DNA of 64,000 bases from Hormiphora californensis (Eukaryota > Animalia > Ctenophora). The notes beneath the pieces are model-generated. The model was not told the DNA's origin and did no database searches. It saw only the letters and a list, made by a program, of their open reading frames with translations. Position 1 is the stretch's first letter, and each line of letters starts with the position of its first letter. The stretch lies in NCBI GenBank assembly GCA_020137815.1, contig CM035354.1:7006001-7070000 (forward strand). Direction: 5' to 3'. Position numbers and translations under genes: made by a program. Below, in pieces: positions 18,657 to 30,033 of the stretch.

Positions 18657-18963
18657 TACCGTGTGGGGCAATAAAAATGCCCCCAAGTCTACCATAGTTC
18701 CAGATATCGTGGAGTGCTAAAATTTGGTACAGTAACTCTATGAGACAAATAAATAACTTGAAAATATCAACGAACTACAAAATAGGCCCTCTTTCCGCGG
18801 ATGAAGCGCACGGAAAGAGGGTCGACCAACGCAAGCGACGTTAGGCTGCACCGCCACGGGACTTCCTGGCTTTTTTAATGTCCTTGCGTCTAAATTTCTT
18901 GCATTTTACTATCGCAAAATAAGAAAAAAAATTAACTTGTAAAATCAATTTATTTAGTTAGAG

Positions 18964-21139
18964 ATGCCGTTTGCGAACAAAGTGAAGCTCCAAGATGGAA
19001 ATCTGGGGGTTGTTGAGTGCGGTCTAGTGGTTAAACATGAGAACCAAACAATCGGAATCCCTCTGACACACGTAACTGCGGAAATAGACATCATATTCTG
19101 TGCGGCAGAGGTGAAGCTTACTCAGACATACCTCAACAACTCCCCTGACCCACTCAACTGTATCTACTTCTTTCCCACGGAGACGTCCGTTGCCCTCCAC
19201 AAATTTACCGCCACCATCGGGGACAGGAAACTAAGTGGTGTAGTAAAAGAGAAGGAAGTGGCTCGGGAGGAGTTTTCCGATGCGGTCAGGCAGGGGAAGA
19301 CTGCATTTTTATTGGAGGAACTGAAGCCCGACATCATGGAATTGATGGTTGGTAATCTGGGATCGAATGAAACGTGTCAGATAGAGATATGTTACATCCA
19401 GGAGTTACCTTTTCAGGATCTCCTAACCCGTTTCACCCTACCTACCAGCATAGCACCACGATACATCCCAGCTAGTGACCCTGACCCGGTGGTGGGACTA
19501 ATGAACATGCAGTACACTGGAGATGTGCCCCTCTCCATTGGGTTCCAAATTAAAATGAGGAGTGAGATCAAGAATATCACCTCACCCTCTCACAAGGTGG
19601 AAGTTACTCAATACTCTGAGGAGGGGTGGTTCTGTGCAGGGGGGACTCTGGAGGACTTCACCTCACTTCTTGACCGGGATTTTGTGCTCACGCTGGAGTG
19701 TGATGACCCCCTGCTACCTGTTGTACTGTATGAAAACACAGAGCAGGGAGAAGTTGCTCTCATGATGTCGTTCATCCCTGAGACGCACGCCAAGGATCGG
19801 TTGTGTGAGTTTGTCTTTATTGTCGACTGTTCTGGGTCCATGGATGGAGAGAGGATTAGCAAGGCGAGAGAAGCTATGAGGGTGTTCATTCAGTCCCTTC
19901 CTGAGGACTGCTTCTTTAACATAATTCGTTTTGGAAGTTCCTACGAGGTCCTGACCAGCAAATCTGTCACGTACAACGATGAAACGCTGAAAAAGGCAAA
20001 AGATTACATTGACAAGAGTGTCGACGCTGATATGGGTGGAACGGAACTCCTGAAGCCACTGAAAAAAGTGCTGGGGTGGAAATATAAAAAAGGTTACGAA
20101 CGACAGATTCTAATTCTCACTGACGGAGCTGTTAGTAATACTGAGAAAGTCATTAAGACCATTAAAAACAGATCCAACAAAGACAAATGTCGTGTGTTCA
20201 GTTTGGGTATTGGTGATGGTGTCTCCCGGGAACTGGTAAAAGGTATGGCAGAGGCTGGCGATGGGATCCAATTGTTCTGTACTTCCAACGAACCAATGAG
20301 GGAGAAAGTTATAAGAATGCTGTCATGTGCTTGCTCGAACCGATCTGAAATTAGTTGTGTCGAGATGGAGGGTCAGGAATTCCTCACCCCACCTGCACCC
20401 GTGACCCTGTTCACTGGAGAGAAAACTGTCCTGTACAACCTCACACCCATCCTACCAGCTGAAATTACTGTCCATTGTTCGGGTAGTAAACATACAGTGA
20501 CCAGTGGGAACTTTGTCCAGGTGCACTCTGGCAAGATGCCCAAGTTGGTGGCCCACAAGGTGGCTACTGGAGGTGTTGTCAGTGAGGGGAGAGGAGTTGA
20601 GTTGGCTCTTAACTACCAGGTGGTTACCAAGGAAACCTCCTTCGTCTGTGTTGATGGATGTTACTTACACCGCCAACATGGTGGCCAGAGAGGAAGAGGA
20701 AGAAGAAAACTACTTAGTAGATTGCAATCTGTTTGGACCGTCGTCACCTCCACCTCTTAGGAAGAAAAGGATGGTAAAGAGTCGTTGTACCCCTCTGCCG
20801 GGTGTTGGAGAGGGTGGGAGTTTGGAAGCTGGTGAAGATGAACCCGGTGATCAACTTAACAAGCTGATGGACCTGGCCGATACGAAGGGTCGCTTTACTG
20901 ATCTTGCCAAGATTAGGGCTGTGTTTAAGTTGGGAGAGCTGACGACAGCTAGTAACTTTGCAGAGGACATCGTAGCAACTGTTCTGGCTCTGGTTTTGTT
21001 GGAAATCAAGTTTGGGGTACAACGGGATGTTTGGTATAGGTTTGCTGGGAAATCTGAGAAGTGGCTGGATGGAAAGATCTCCAAAGAAGAGGTGAAAAAT
21101 CTCAAGGATGAAATGAAAAACTTTGTCTCTTCTTTCTGA
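18964..21139 (+). pseudogene. VWA5A: VIT-vWA copy 4, 2-bp deletion at about 20656
   Basis: GATGGGGATG has become GATGGATG; the C-terminus is in ORF 20504-21139. Confidence 0.85.
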
Positions 21140-21377
21140 AAAAGAAATGTATAATTACTAGACAGTTATTAATATTTAGAGTAAGTTCTTTTATATTTTT
21201 ATTGGGATTTTTTGTGATTGTAATCTTTATTTATTTGTAAAATGTGTATTAATTATAATTCCTTTTTTTGTAAAACATCGATTTATTTATTTTTTTTTCT
21301 CAAAACATGTCGTTTGAAAAGTATTGCCTCCAATTTCCCTCTATATCAACCACCTATCTGTTATAGCAATCCAGAGT

Positions 21378-21571
21378 ATGCCCGATAACTTTCCTACTCC
21401 GATTGAGCCGGCCAAAGTCTGCCAGGTCCTCTCTACCATTCTCTCCCGACAAAAAGACAACTATGTTCGGTCCGAGGAAATGGGAAAACTCATTGCTGTC
21501 TTTGATGCTCATATACCGTTTCACAGGGGTAGCTGGTGCAGGCTTCTTCTCTTGCTGACCAGAACTACACC
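21378..21571. pseudogene. TADA3: Orphan TADA3 exon 1 plus LINE remnant (duplicate of 17633-17826)
   Basis: Same sequence offset by 3745 bp. Confidence 0.8.
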
Positions 21572-22401
21572 CCGATTTAGGGACAGGATTTTTTTCCCCA
21601 AAAATTTTTTGAATTTTTTTTGTGACATTTTTTGTGAAATTTTTTTGAAAATTTTTCAAAAAGATACCAGCCACGTCCGAATCGTGTTTCGAATCAGTGA
21701 ATCTTATCGCATGTCCTGCTGCTAATTAGACGGTTCGGAACGAACCGATACGTGATCCCCATGGGACCATTGAATCACAAGTTCACCAAGCGTCAAAATT
21801 TCGATTCGATGGGGATCACGTTTCGATTCGTTCCGAACCGTCTAATTAGCAGCAGGACATGCGATAAGATACACCGATTCGAAACACGATTCGGACGTGG
21901 CTGGTATACCTTTAAAAAAATTTAAAACTTTTTGCAAAATTTTACAGTACGATTGTCAATGCTTTCATCGGTGCTCCCCATAAATTTTGAGAGAAAAAGT
22001 TATTTTGAATTTTACTTCCTCACCCGCTTATGGTGCCCCGATTCAGTATGGTATCACGTATCGGTTCGTTTCGAATCCGCTAATTAGACAGGACATCCAG
22101 TAAGCTGCACCGATTCGAAATACAAATCGGACGGGCTGGTATAACTTAGAAAATTTTTCACATTTTTTTTGAAAAAAAAACTATTTTATATTTTTCTATT
22201 TCTAATCAGAAATGATGATGTCATCAATACATGAATATTGCATATAACAGTTAGAGGTGTCTTTAGTCTTAATAATATAGCATTTTGGGCATAAAATAGG
22301 TTTTTATGGGGCAAATATGGCTCACCCCGATTTAGTGGACATCCCGATTTAGTGGACAAGACCCTTTCCCCCGAGGGTGTCCCTAAATCGGGGTCCGACT
22401 G
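21568..22401. mobile_element. CAGTCGGACCCCGA-family MITE, truncated (duplicate of 17823-18656)
   Basis: Near-identical copy offset by 3745 bp. Confidence 0.8.
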
Positions 22402-22708
22402 TACCGTGTGGGGCAATAAAAATGCCCCCAAGTCTACCATAGTTCCAGATATCGTGGAGTGCTAAAATTTGGTACAGTAACTCTATGAGACAAATAAATA
22501 ACTTGAAAATATCAACGAACTACAAAATAGGCCCTCTTTCCGCGGATGAAGCGCACGGAAAGAGGGTCGACCAACGCAAGCGACGTTAGGCTGCACCGCC
22601 ACGGAACTTCCTGGCTTTTTTTAATGTCCTTGCGTCTAAATTTCTTGCATTTTACTATCGTAGAATAAGAAAAAAAATAACTTGTAAAATCAAATTATTT
22701 AGTTAGAG

Positions 22709-24884
22709 ATGCCGTTTGCGAACAAAGTGAAGCTCCAAGATGGAAATCTGGGGGTTGTTGAGTGCGGTCTAGTGGTTAAACATGAGAACCAAGCAATTGG
22801 AATCCCTCTGACACACGTAACTGCGGAAATAGACATCACATTCTGTGCGGCAGAGGTGAAGCTTACTCAGACATACCTCAACAACTCCCCTGACCCACTC
22901 AACTGTGTCTACTTCTTTCCCACGGAGACGTCCGTTGCCCTCCACAAATTTACCGCCACCATCGGGGACAGGAAACTAAGTGGTGTAGTAAAAGAGAAGG
23001 AAGTGGCTCGGGAGGAGTTTTCCGATGCGGTCAGGCAGGGGAAGACTGCATTTTTATTGGAGGAACTGAAGCCCGACATCATGGAATTGATGGTTGGCAA
23101 TCTGGGATCGAATGAAACGTGTCAGATAGAGATATGTTACATCCAGGAGTTACCTTTCCAAGATCTCCTAACCCGTTTCACCCTACCTACCAGCATAGCA
23201 CCACGATACATCCCAGCTAGTGACCCTGACCCGGTGGTGGGACTAATGAACATGCAGTACACTGGAGATGTGCCCCTCTCCATTGGGTTCCAAATTAAAA
23301 TGAGGAGTGAGATCAAGAATATCACCTCACCCTCTCACAAGGTGGAAGTTACTCAATACTCTGAGGAGGGGTGGTTCTGTGCAGGGGGGACTCTGGAGGA
23401 CTTCACCTCACTTCTTGACCGGGATTTTGTGCTCACGCTGGAGTGTGATGACCCCCTGCTACCTGTTGTACTGTATGAAAACACAGAGCAGGGAGAAGTT
23501 GCTCTCATGATGTCGTTCATCCCTGAGACGCACGCCAAGGACCGGTTGTGTGAGTTTGTCTTTATTGTCGACTGTTCTGGGTCCATGGATGGAGAGAGGA
23601 TTAGCAAGGCGAGAGAAGCTATGAGGGTGTTCATTCAGTCCCTTCCTGAGGACTGCTTCTTTAACATAATTCGTTTTGGAAGTTCCTACGAGGTCCTCAC
23701 CAGCAAATCTGTCACGTACAACGATGAAACGCTGAAAAAGGCAAAAGATTACATTGACAAGAGTGTCGACGCTGATATGGGTGGAACGGAACTCCTGAAG
23801 CCACTGAAAAAAGTGCTGGGGTGGAAATATAAAAAAGGTTACGAACGACAGATTCTAATTCTCACTGACGGAGCTGTTAGTAATACTGAGAAAGTCATTA
23901 AGACCATTAAAAACAGATCCAACAAAGACAAATGTCGTGTGTTCAGTTTGGGTATTGGTGATGGTGTCTCCCGGGAACTGGTAAAAGGTATGGCAGAGGC
24001 TGGCGATGGGATCCAATTGTTCTGTACTTCCAACGAACCAATGAGGGAGAAAGTTATAAGAATGCTGTCATGTGCTTGCTCGAACCGATCTGAAATTAGT
24101 TGTGTCGAGATGGAGGGTCAGGAATTCCTCACCCCACCTGCACCCGTGACCCTGTTCACTGGAGAGAAAACTGTCCTGTACAACCTCACACCCATCCTAC
24201 CAGCTGAAATTACTGTCCATTGTTCGGGTAGTAAACATACAGTGACCAGTGGGAACTTTGTCCAGGTGCACTCTGGCAAGATGCCCAAGTTGGTGGCCCA
24301 CAAGGTGGCTACTGGAGGTGTTGTCAGTGAGGGGAGAGGAGTTGAGTTGGCTCTTAACTACCAGGTGGTTACCAAGGAAACCTCCTTCGTCTGTGTTGAT
24401 GGATGTTACTTACACCGCCAACATGGTGGCCAGAGAGGAAGAGGAAGAAGAAAACTACTTAGTAGATTGCAATCTGTTTGGACCGTCGTCACCTCCACCT
24501 CTTAGGAAGAAAAGGATGGTAAAGAGTCGTTGTACCCCTCTGCCGGGTGTTGGAGAGGGTGGGAGTTTGGAAGCTGGTGAAGATGAACCCGGTGATCAAC
24601 TTAACAAGCTGATGGACCTGGCCGATACGAAGGGTCGCTTTACTGATCTTGCCAAGATTAGGGGTGTGTTTAAGTTAGGAGAGCTGACGACAGTCAGTAA
24701 CTTTGCAGAGGACATCGTAGCAACTGTTCTGGCTCTGGTTTTGTTGGAAATCAAGTTTGGGGTACAACGGGATGTTTGGTATAGGTTTGCTGGGAAATCT
24801 GAGAAGTGGCTGGATGGAAAGATCTCCAAAGAAGAGTTGAAAAATCTCAAGGATGAAATGAAAAACTTTGTCTCTTCTTTCTGA
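22709..24884 (+). pseudogene. VWA5A: VIT-vWA copy 5, same 2-bp deletion (about 24401) as copy 4
   Basis: ORFs 22709-24505 and 24249-24884; near-identical to copy 4. Confidence 0.85.
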
Positions 24885-24913
24885 AAAAGAAATGTATAAT
24901 TACTAGACAGTTA

Positions 24914-25732
24914 CAGTCGGACCCCGATTTAACGGCCCCCGATTTAGCGGCACCCCGATTTAACGGCAGGATAAATTTCCCCCAACAATTTTTTGAAACC
25001 ACGTCCGAATCGTGTTTCGAATCGGTGCATCTTATTGCAGGTCTTACCCGTAATTAGACGGTTCGAAACGAACAGATATGTGATCCCCATGAGGCCAATC
25101 GAGTCGCAATTTTGACGCTTGTTAAACTGGCCCCATGGGGATCACGTATCGGTTCGTTTCGAACCGTCTAATTAGCGACAGGACGTGCGATAAGATGCAC
25201 TGATTCGAAACACGATTCGGACGTGGTTGATATATCTTTGAAAAATTTTCATAACTTTTTTTTGGAAAATTTTACAGAATGATTGTCAATGCTTTGATCG
25301 GTGCTCCCCATGAATTTTCAGAGAAAAAGATATTTTGAAATTCGAATTCTTCCTCACCCCGCTTAAAGTGCCCCGATTCGGCATGGTATCACGTATCGGT
25401 TCGTTTCGAACCGTCTAATTAGCAGCAAGACATGCGATAAGATGCACTGATTCGATATACGATTCGGACGTAGTTGATATACCAGTACACGTACCTTAGA
25501 AAATTTTTATAACCTTTTTTAAAATTTTTAAAATTATTTCATTTTTCTAACCAGAAATGATCATGTAATTAATACATGGACATAGCATTTACTTAGAGGT
25601 GTTTTAGTATAGTATTTTGGACAAAAATAGGGTTTTATGGGCCAAATATGCTCTACCCCGATTTAACGGACACCCCGATTTAACGGACAAAACCCTTTCC
25701 CCCGAGGGTGCCGTTAAATCGGGGTCCGACTG
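24914..25732. mobile_element. Complete 819-bp MITE (Tc1/mariner/pogo-type, TA TSD)
   Basis: TIR CAGTCGGACCCCGATTTAACGGC. TA duplicated relative to the empty site GACAGTTATTAATA seen after copies 3 and 4. Internal palindromic subrepeats. Confidence 0.92.
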
Positions 25733-25938
25733 TATTAATATTTAGAGTAAGTTCTTTTATATTTTTATTGGGATTTTTTGTGATTGTAATCTTTATTTAT
25801 TTGTAAAATGTGTATTTATAATTCCTTTTTTTGTAAAACATCGATTTATTTTTTTTTTTCTCAAAACATGTCGTTTGAAAAGTATTGCCTCCAATTTCCC
25901 TCTATATCAACCACCTATCTGTTATAGCAATCCAGAGT

Positions 25939-26051
25939 ATGCCCGATAACTTTCCTACACCGATTGAGCCGGCCAAAGTCTGCCAGGTCCTCTCTACCAT
26001 TCTCTCCCGACAAAAAGACAACTATGTTCGGTCCGAGGAAATGGGAAAACT
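25939..26051 (+). pseudogene. TADA3: Orphan TADA3 exon 1
   Basis: Copy of 32441-32553. Confidence 0.83.
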
Positions 26052-26732
26052 CATTGCTGTCTTTGATGCTCATATACCGTTTCACAGGGGTAGCTGGTGC
26101 AGGCTTCTTCTCTTGCTGACCAGAACTACACCCTACTTCACTCTCCTCTCGGTTCTTCTTCAATATCTCATTAACTACTGGGGCCATGAGTCCAGGTAGG
26201 CTATCCATCAACTCTTGCTTCAGTTTTGAGAAACCATCCTTCAAATCATCACTCGAAATCGAGACTCCAGAATCAGACGATGGTGTAGGACACCGGGAAC
26301 TGTCCGGAAGCATCCGGTAACACATAATTAACATCTGCCAAAGATCCTTCTTCGTAGGTCCACCTGGAGCATCCATAGGCTCACCTGGGGTACCAGCATC
26401 CTCCTCCAATTTCTTCCACACTGTACTGCCTTTACATTTGTCAGAGAAGCTCGTGACAAGTCTTTCTTCGTTCCACTTTCATACTGGGGTGCCAATCCCG
26501 ACATTCTATATCCTGTAACAGTGGCGCGAGGATCCGATCCACCAAGATTTGGCTTCCTGGATTTGGCTCAACGAGGTCTCCCAAGATCTGCTTGACTTAG
26601 AAAGAGACAGGAACACCAGGCTTGTCTTGTCTTGAGACAAGAGGGATTGAGCAGAAGTCTTAGAAGAGTAACGAGAGCAGTTGAACGGAACCTCAAATTA
26701 ATTTGTTTAAAGTAGTGTTGAAAAGTTTGAAA
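26052..26732 (-). mobile_element. 5' LINE fragment with putative SL head (26732-26692)
   Basis: Minus strand starts TTTCAAACTTTTCAACACTACTTTAAACAAATTAATTTGAG then GTTCCGTTC; paralogous to 12883-13580 with small deletions. Confidence 0.75.
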
Positions 26733-26783
26733 GTAGAATAAGAAAAAAAAATTAACTTGTAAAATCAAATTATTTAGTTAGAG

Positions 26784-28943
26784 ATGCCGTTTGCGAACAA
26801 AGTGAAGCTCCAAGATGGAAATCTGGGGGTTGTTGAGTGCGGTCTAGTGGTTAAATATGAGGACCAAGCAATTGGAATCCCTCTGACACATGTCACTGCA
26901 GAAATAGACATCACATTCTGTGCGGCAGAGGTGAAGCTTACTCAGACATACTTGAACAACTCCCCTGACCCACTCCACTGTGTCTACTTCTTTCCCACGG
27001 AGACGTCCGTTGCCCTCCACAAATTTACCGCCACCATCGGGGACAGGAAACTAAGTGGTGTAGTAAAAGAGAAGGAAGTTGCTCGGGAAGAGTTTTCTGA
27101 TGCAGTCAATCAGGGAAAGACTGCATTTTTATTGGAGGAACTGAAGCCCGACATCATGGAATTGATGGTTGGTAATCTGGGATCGAATGAAACGTGTCAG
27201 ATAGAGATATATTACATCCAAGAGTTACCTTTCCAGGATCTCCTAACCCGTTTCACCCTACCTACTAGCATAGCACCACGATACATCCCAGCTAGTGACC
27301 CTGACCCGGTGGTGGGACTAATGAACATGCAGTACACTGGAGATGTGCCCCTCTCCATTGGGTTCCAGATTAAAATGAGGAGTGAAATCAAGAATATCAC
27401 CTCACCCTCTCACAAGGTGGAAGTTACTCAACATTCTAAGGAGGGGTGGTTCTGTGCTGGGGGGACTCTGGAGGACTTCACCTCACTTCTTGACAGGGAT
27501 TTTGTGCTCACGCTGGAGTGTGATGACCCCCTGCTACCTCTTGTACTGTACGAAGACACAGAGCAGGGAGAAGTTGCTCTCATGATGTCGTTCATCCCTG
27601 AGACGCACGCCAAGGAGCGGTTGTGTGAGTTTGTCTTTATTGTCGACTGTTCTGGGTCCATGTATCGGAAAATTGGTGACACGCGAGAAGCTATGAGGAT
27701 GTTCATTCAGTCCCTTCCTGAGGACTGCTACTTTAATATTGTTCGCTTCGGAAGTTCCTACGAGGTCATGGCGAGCAAGTTCCTGAGCAGCAAATCTGTC
27801 CCGTACAACGATGAAACGCTGAAAAAGGCAAAAGAGTACATTGACAAGAGTGTCGACGCTGATATGGGTGGAACTAAAATCTTGAAACCACTGAAAAAAG
27901 TACTGGGGTGGAAATATAAAAAAGGTTACGAACGACAGATTCTAATTCTCACTGACGGACGTGTTAGTAATACTGAGAAAGTCATTAAGACCATTAAAAA
28001 CAGATCCAACAAAGACAAATGTCGTGTGTTCAGTTTGGGTATCGGTGATCGAGTCTCCCGGGAACTGGTAAAAGGTATGGCAGAGGCTGGAGATGGGATT
28101 CAAATGTTTTGTACTTCCAACGAACCAATGAGGGAGAAAGTGATCAGAATGCTGTCATGTGCTTGCTCGAACCGATCTGAAATTAGTTGTGTCGAGATGG
28201 AGGGTCAGGAATCCCTCACCCCACCTGTACCCGTGACCCTGTTCACTGGAGAGAAAACTGTCCTGTACACCCTCACACCCACCCTACCAGCTGAAATTAC
28301 TGTCCATTGTTCGGGTAGTAAACACACAGTGACCAGTGGGAACTTTGTCCAGGTGGACTCTGGCAAGATGCCCAAGTTGGTGGCCCACAAGGTGGCTACT
28401 GGAGGTGTTGTCACTGAGGGGAGAGGAGTTGAGTTGGCTCTTAACTACCAGGTGGTTACCAAGGAAACCTCCTTCGTGTGTGTTGATGGGGATGTTACTT
28501 ACACCGCCAACATGGTAGCCAGAGAAGAAGAGCAAGAAGAAAACTACTTAGTAGAGTACAATCTGATTGGACCGTCGTCACCTCCACCTCTCGAGAAGAA
28601 AAGAATGGAAAGGAGTCGTCGTAGATTGGAAGCTGGTGAAGATGAACCCGGTGCTCAACTTACGAAGCTGATGGACCTGGCCGATACGAAGGGTGGCTTT
28701 TCTGATCTTGCCAAGATTAGGGCTGTGTTTAAGTTAGGAGAGCTGACGACAGCCAGTAACTTTGCAGAGGATATCGTAGCAACTGTTCTGGCTCTGGTTT
28801 TGTTGGAAATCAAGTTTGGGGTACAACGGGATGTTTGGTATAGGTTTGCTGGGAAATCTGAGAAGTGGCTGGATGGAAAGATCTCCAAAGAAGAGTTGAA
28901 AAATCTCAAGGATGAAATGAAAAACTTTGTCTCTTCTTTCTAA
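26784..28943 (+). CDS. VWA5A: VIT-vWA copy 6, intact, 719 aa
   Basis: Uninterrupted ORF with VIT, vWA and C-terminal domain. Confidence 0.88.
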   Translation: MPFANKVKLQDGNLGVVECGLVVKYEDQAIGIPLTHVTAEIDITFCAAEVKLTQTYLNNSPDPLHCVYFFPTETSVALHKFTATIGDRKLSGVVKEKEVAREEFSDAVNQGKTAFLLEELKPDIMELMVGNLGSNETCQIEIYYIQELPFQDLLTRFTLPTSIAPRYIPASDPDPVVGLMNMQYTGDVPLSIGFQIKMRSEIKNITSPSHKVEVTQHSKEGWFCAGGTLEDFTSLLDRDFVLTLECDDPLLPLVLYEDTEQGEVALMMSFIPETHAKERLCEFVFIVDCSGSMYRKIGDTREAMRMFIQSLPEDCYFNIVRFGSSYEVMASKFLSSKSVPYNDETLKKAKEYIDKSVDADMGGTKILKPLKKVLGWKYKKGYERQILILTDGRVSNTEKVIKTIKNRSNKDKCRVFSLGIGDRVSRELVKGMAEAGDGIQMFCTSNEPMREKVIRMLSCACSNRSEISCVEMEGQESLTPPVPVTLFTGEKTVLYTLTPTLPAEITVHCSGSKHTVTSGNFVQVDSGKMPKLVAHKVATGGVVTEGRGVELALNYQVVTKETSFVCVDGDVTYTANMVAREEEQEENYLVEYNLIGPSSPPPLEKKRMERSRRRLEAGEDEPGAQLTKLMDLADTKGGFSDLAKIRAVFKLGELTTASNFAEDIVATVLALVLLEIKFGVQRDVWYRFAGKSEKWLDGKISKEELKNLKDEMKNFVSSF

Positions 28944-29188
28944 AAAAGAAATGTATAATTACTAGATAGTTAATATTTAGAGTAAGTTCTTTTATATTTT
29001 TTTTGGGATTTTTTGTTATTGTAATCTTCATTTATTTGTAAAATGTGTTAGCAATATTTATAATTCTATCTTTTTGTAAAACATCGATTTATTTATCTCA
29101 TTTATTTTTCTCAAAACATGTCGTTTGAAAAGTATTGCCTCCAATTTCCCTCTATATCAACCACCTATCTGTTATAGCAATCCAGAGT

Positions 29189-29301
29189 ATGCCCGATAAC
29201 TTTCCTACACCGATTGAGCCGGCCAAAGTCTGCCAGGTCCTCTCTACCATTCTCTCCCGACAAAAAGACAACTATGTTCGGTCCGAGGAAATGGGAAAAC
29301 T
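29189..29301 (+). pseudogene. TADA3: Orphan TADA3 exon 1
   Basis: Copy of 32441-32553. Confidence 0.83.
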
Positions 29302-29982
29302 CATTGCTGTCTTTGATGCTCATATACCGTTTCACAGGGGTAGCTGGTGCAGGCTTCTTCTCTTGCTGACCAGAACTACACCCTACTTCACTCTCCTCTT
29401 GGTTCTTCTTCAATATCTCATTAACTACTGGGGCCATGAGTCCAGGTAGGCTATCCATCAACTCTTGCTTCAGTTTTGAGAAACCATCCTTCAAATCATC
29501 ACTCGAAATCGAGACTCCAGAATCAGACGATGGTGTAGGACACCGGGAACTGTCCGGAAGCATCCGGTAACACATAATTAACATCTGCCAAAGATCCTTC
29601 TTCGTAGGTCCACCTGGAGCATCCATAGGCTCACCTGGGGTACCAGCATCCTCCTCCAATTTCTTCCACACTGTACTGCCTTTACATTTGTCAGAGAAGC
29701 TCGTGACAAGTCTTTCTTCGTTCCACTTTCATACTGGGGTGCCAATCCCGACATTCTATATCCTGTAACAGTGGCGCGAGGATCCGATCCACCAAGATTT
29801 GGCTTCCTGGATTTGGCTCAACGAGGTCTCCCAAGATCTGCTTGACTTAGAAAGAGACAGGAACACCAGGCTTGTCTTGTCTTGAGACAAGAGGGATTGA
29901 GCAGAAGTCTTAGAAGAGTAACGAGAGCAGTTGAACGGAACCTCAAATTAATTTGTTTAAAGTAGTGTTGAAAAGTTTGAAA
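29302..29982 (-). mobile_element. 5' LINE fragment with putative SL head (29982-29942)
   Basis: Duplicate of 26052-26732 offset by 3250 bp. Confidence 0.75.
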
Positions 29983-30033
29983 GTAGAATAAGAAAAAAAA
30001 ATTAACTTGTAAAATCAAATTATTTAGTTAGAG

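Noticed and set aside
18785-18870. GC-rich hairpin GGCCCTCTTTCCG...CGGAAAGAGGGTC (repeated at about 22530)
   Set aside because: No tRNA, SINE or Helitron signature could be established, and the second copy is only part of the 3745-bp duplication.
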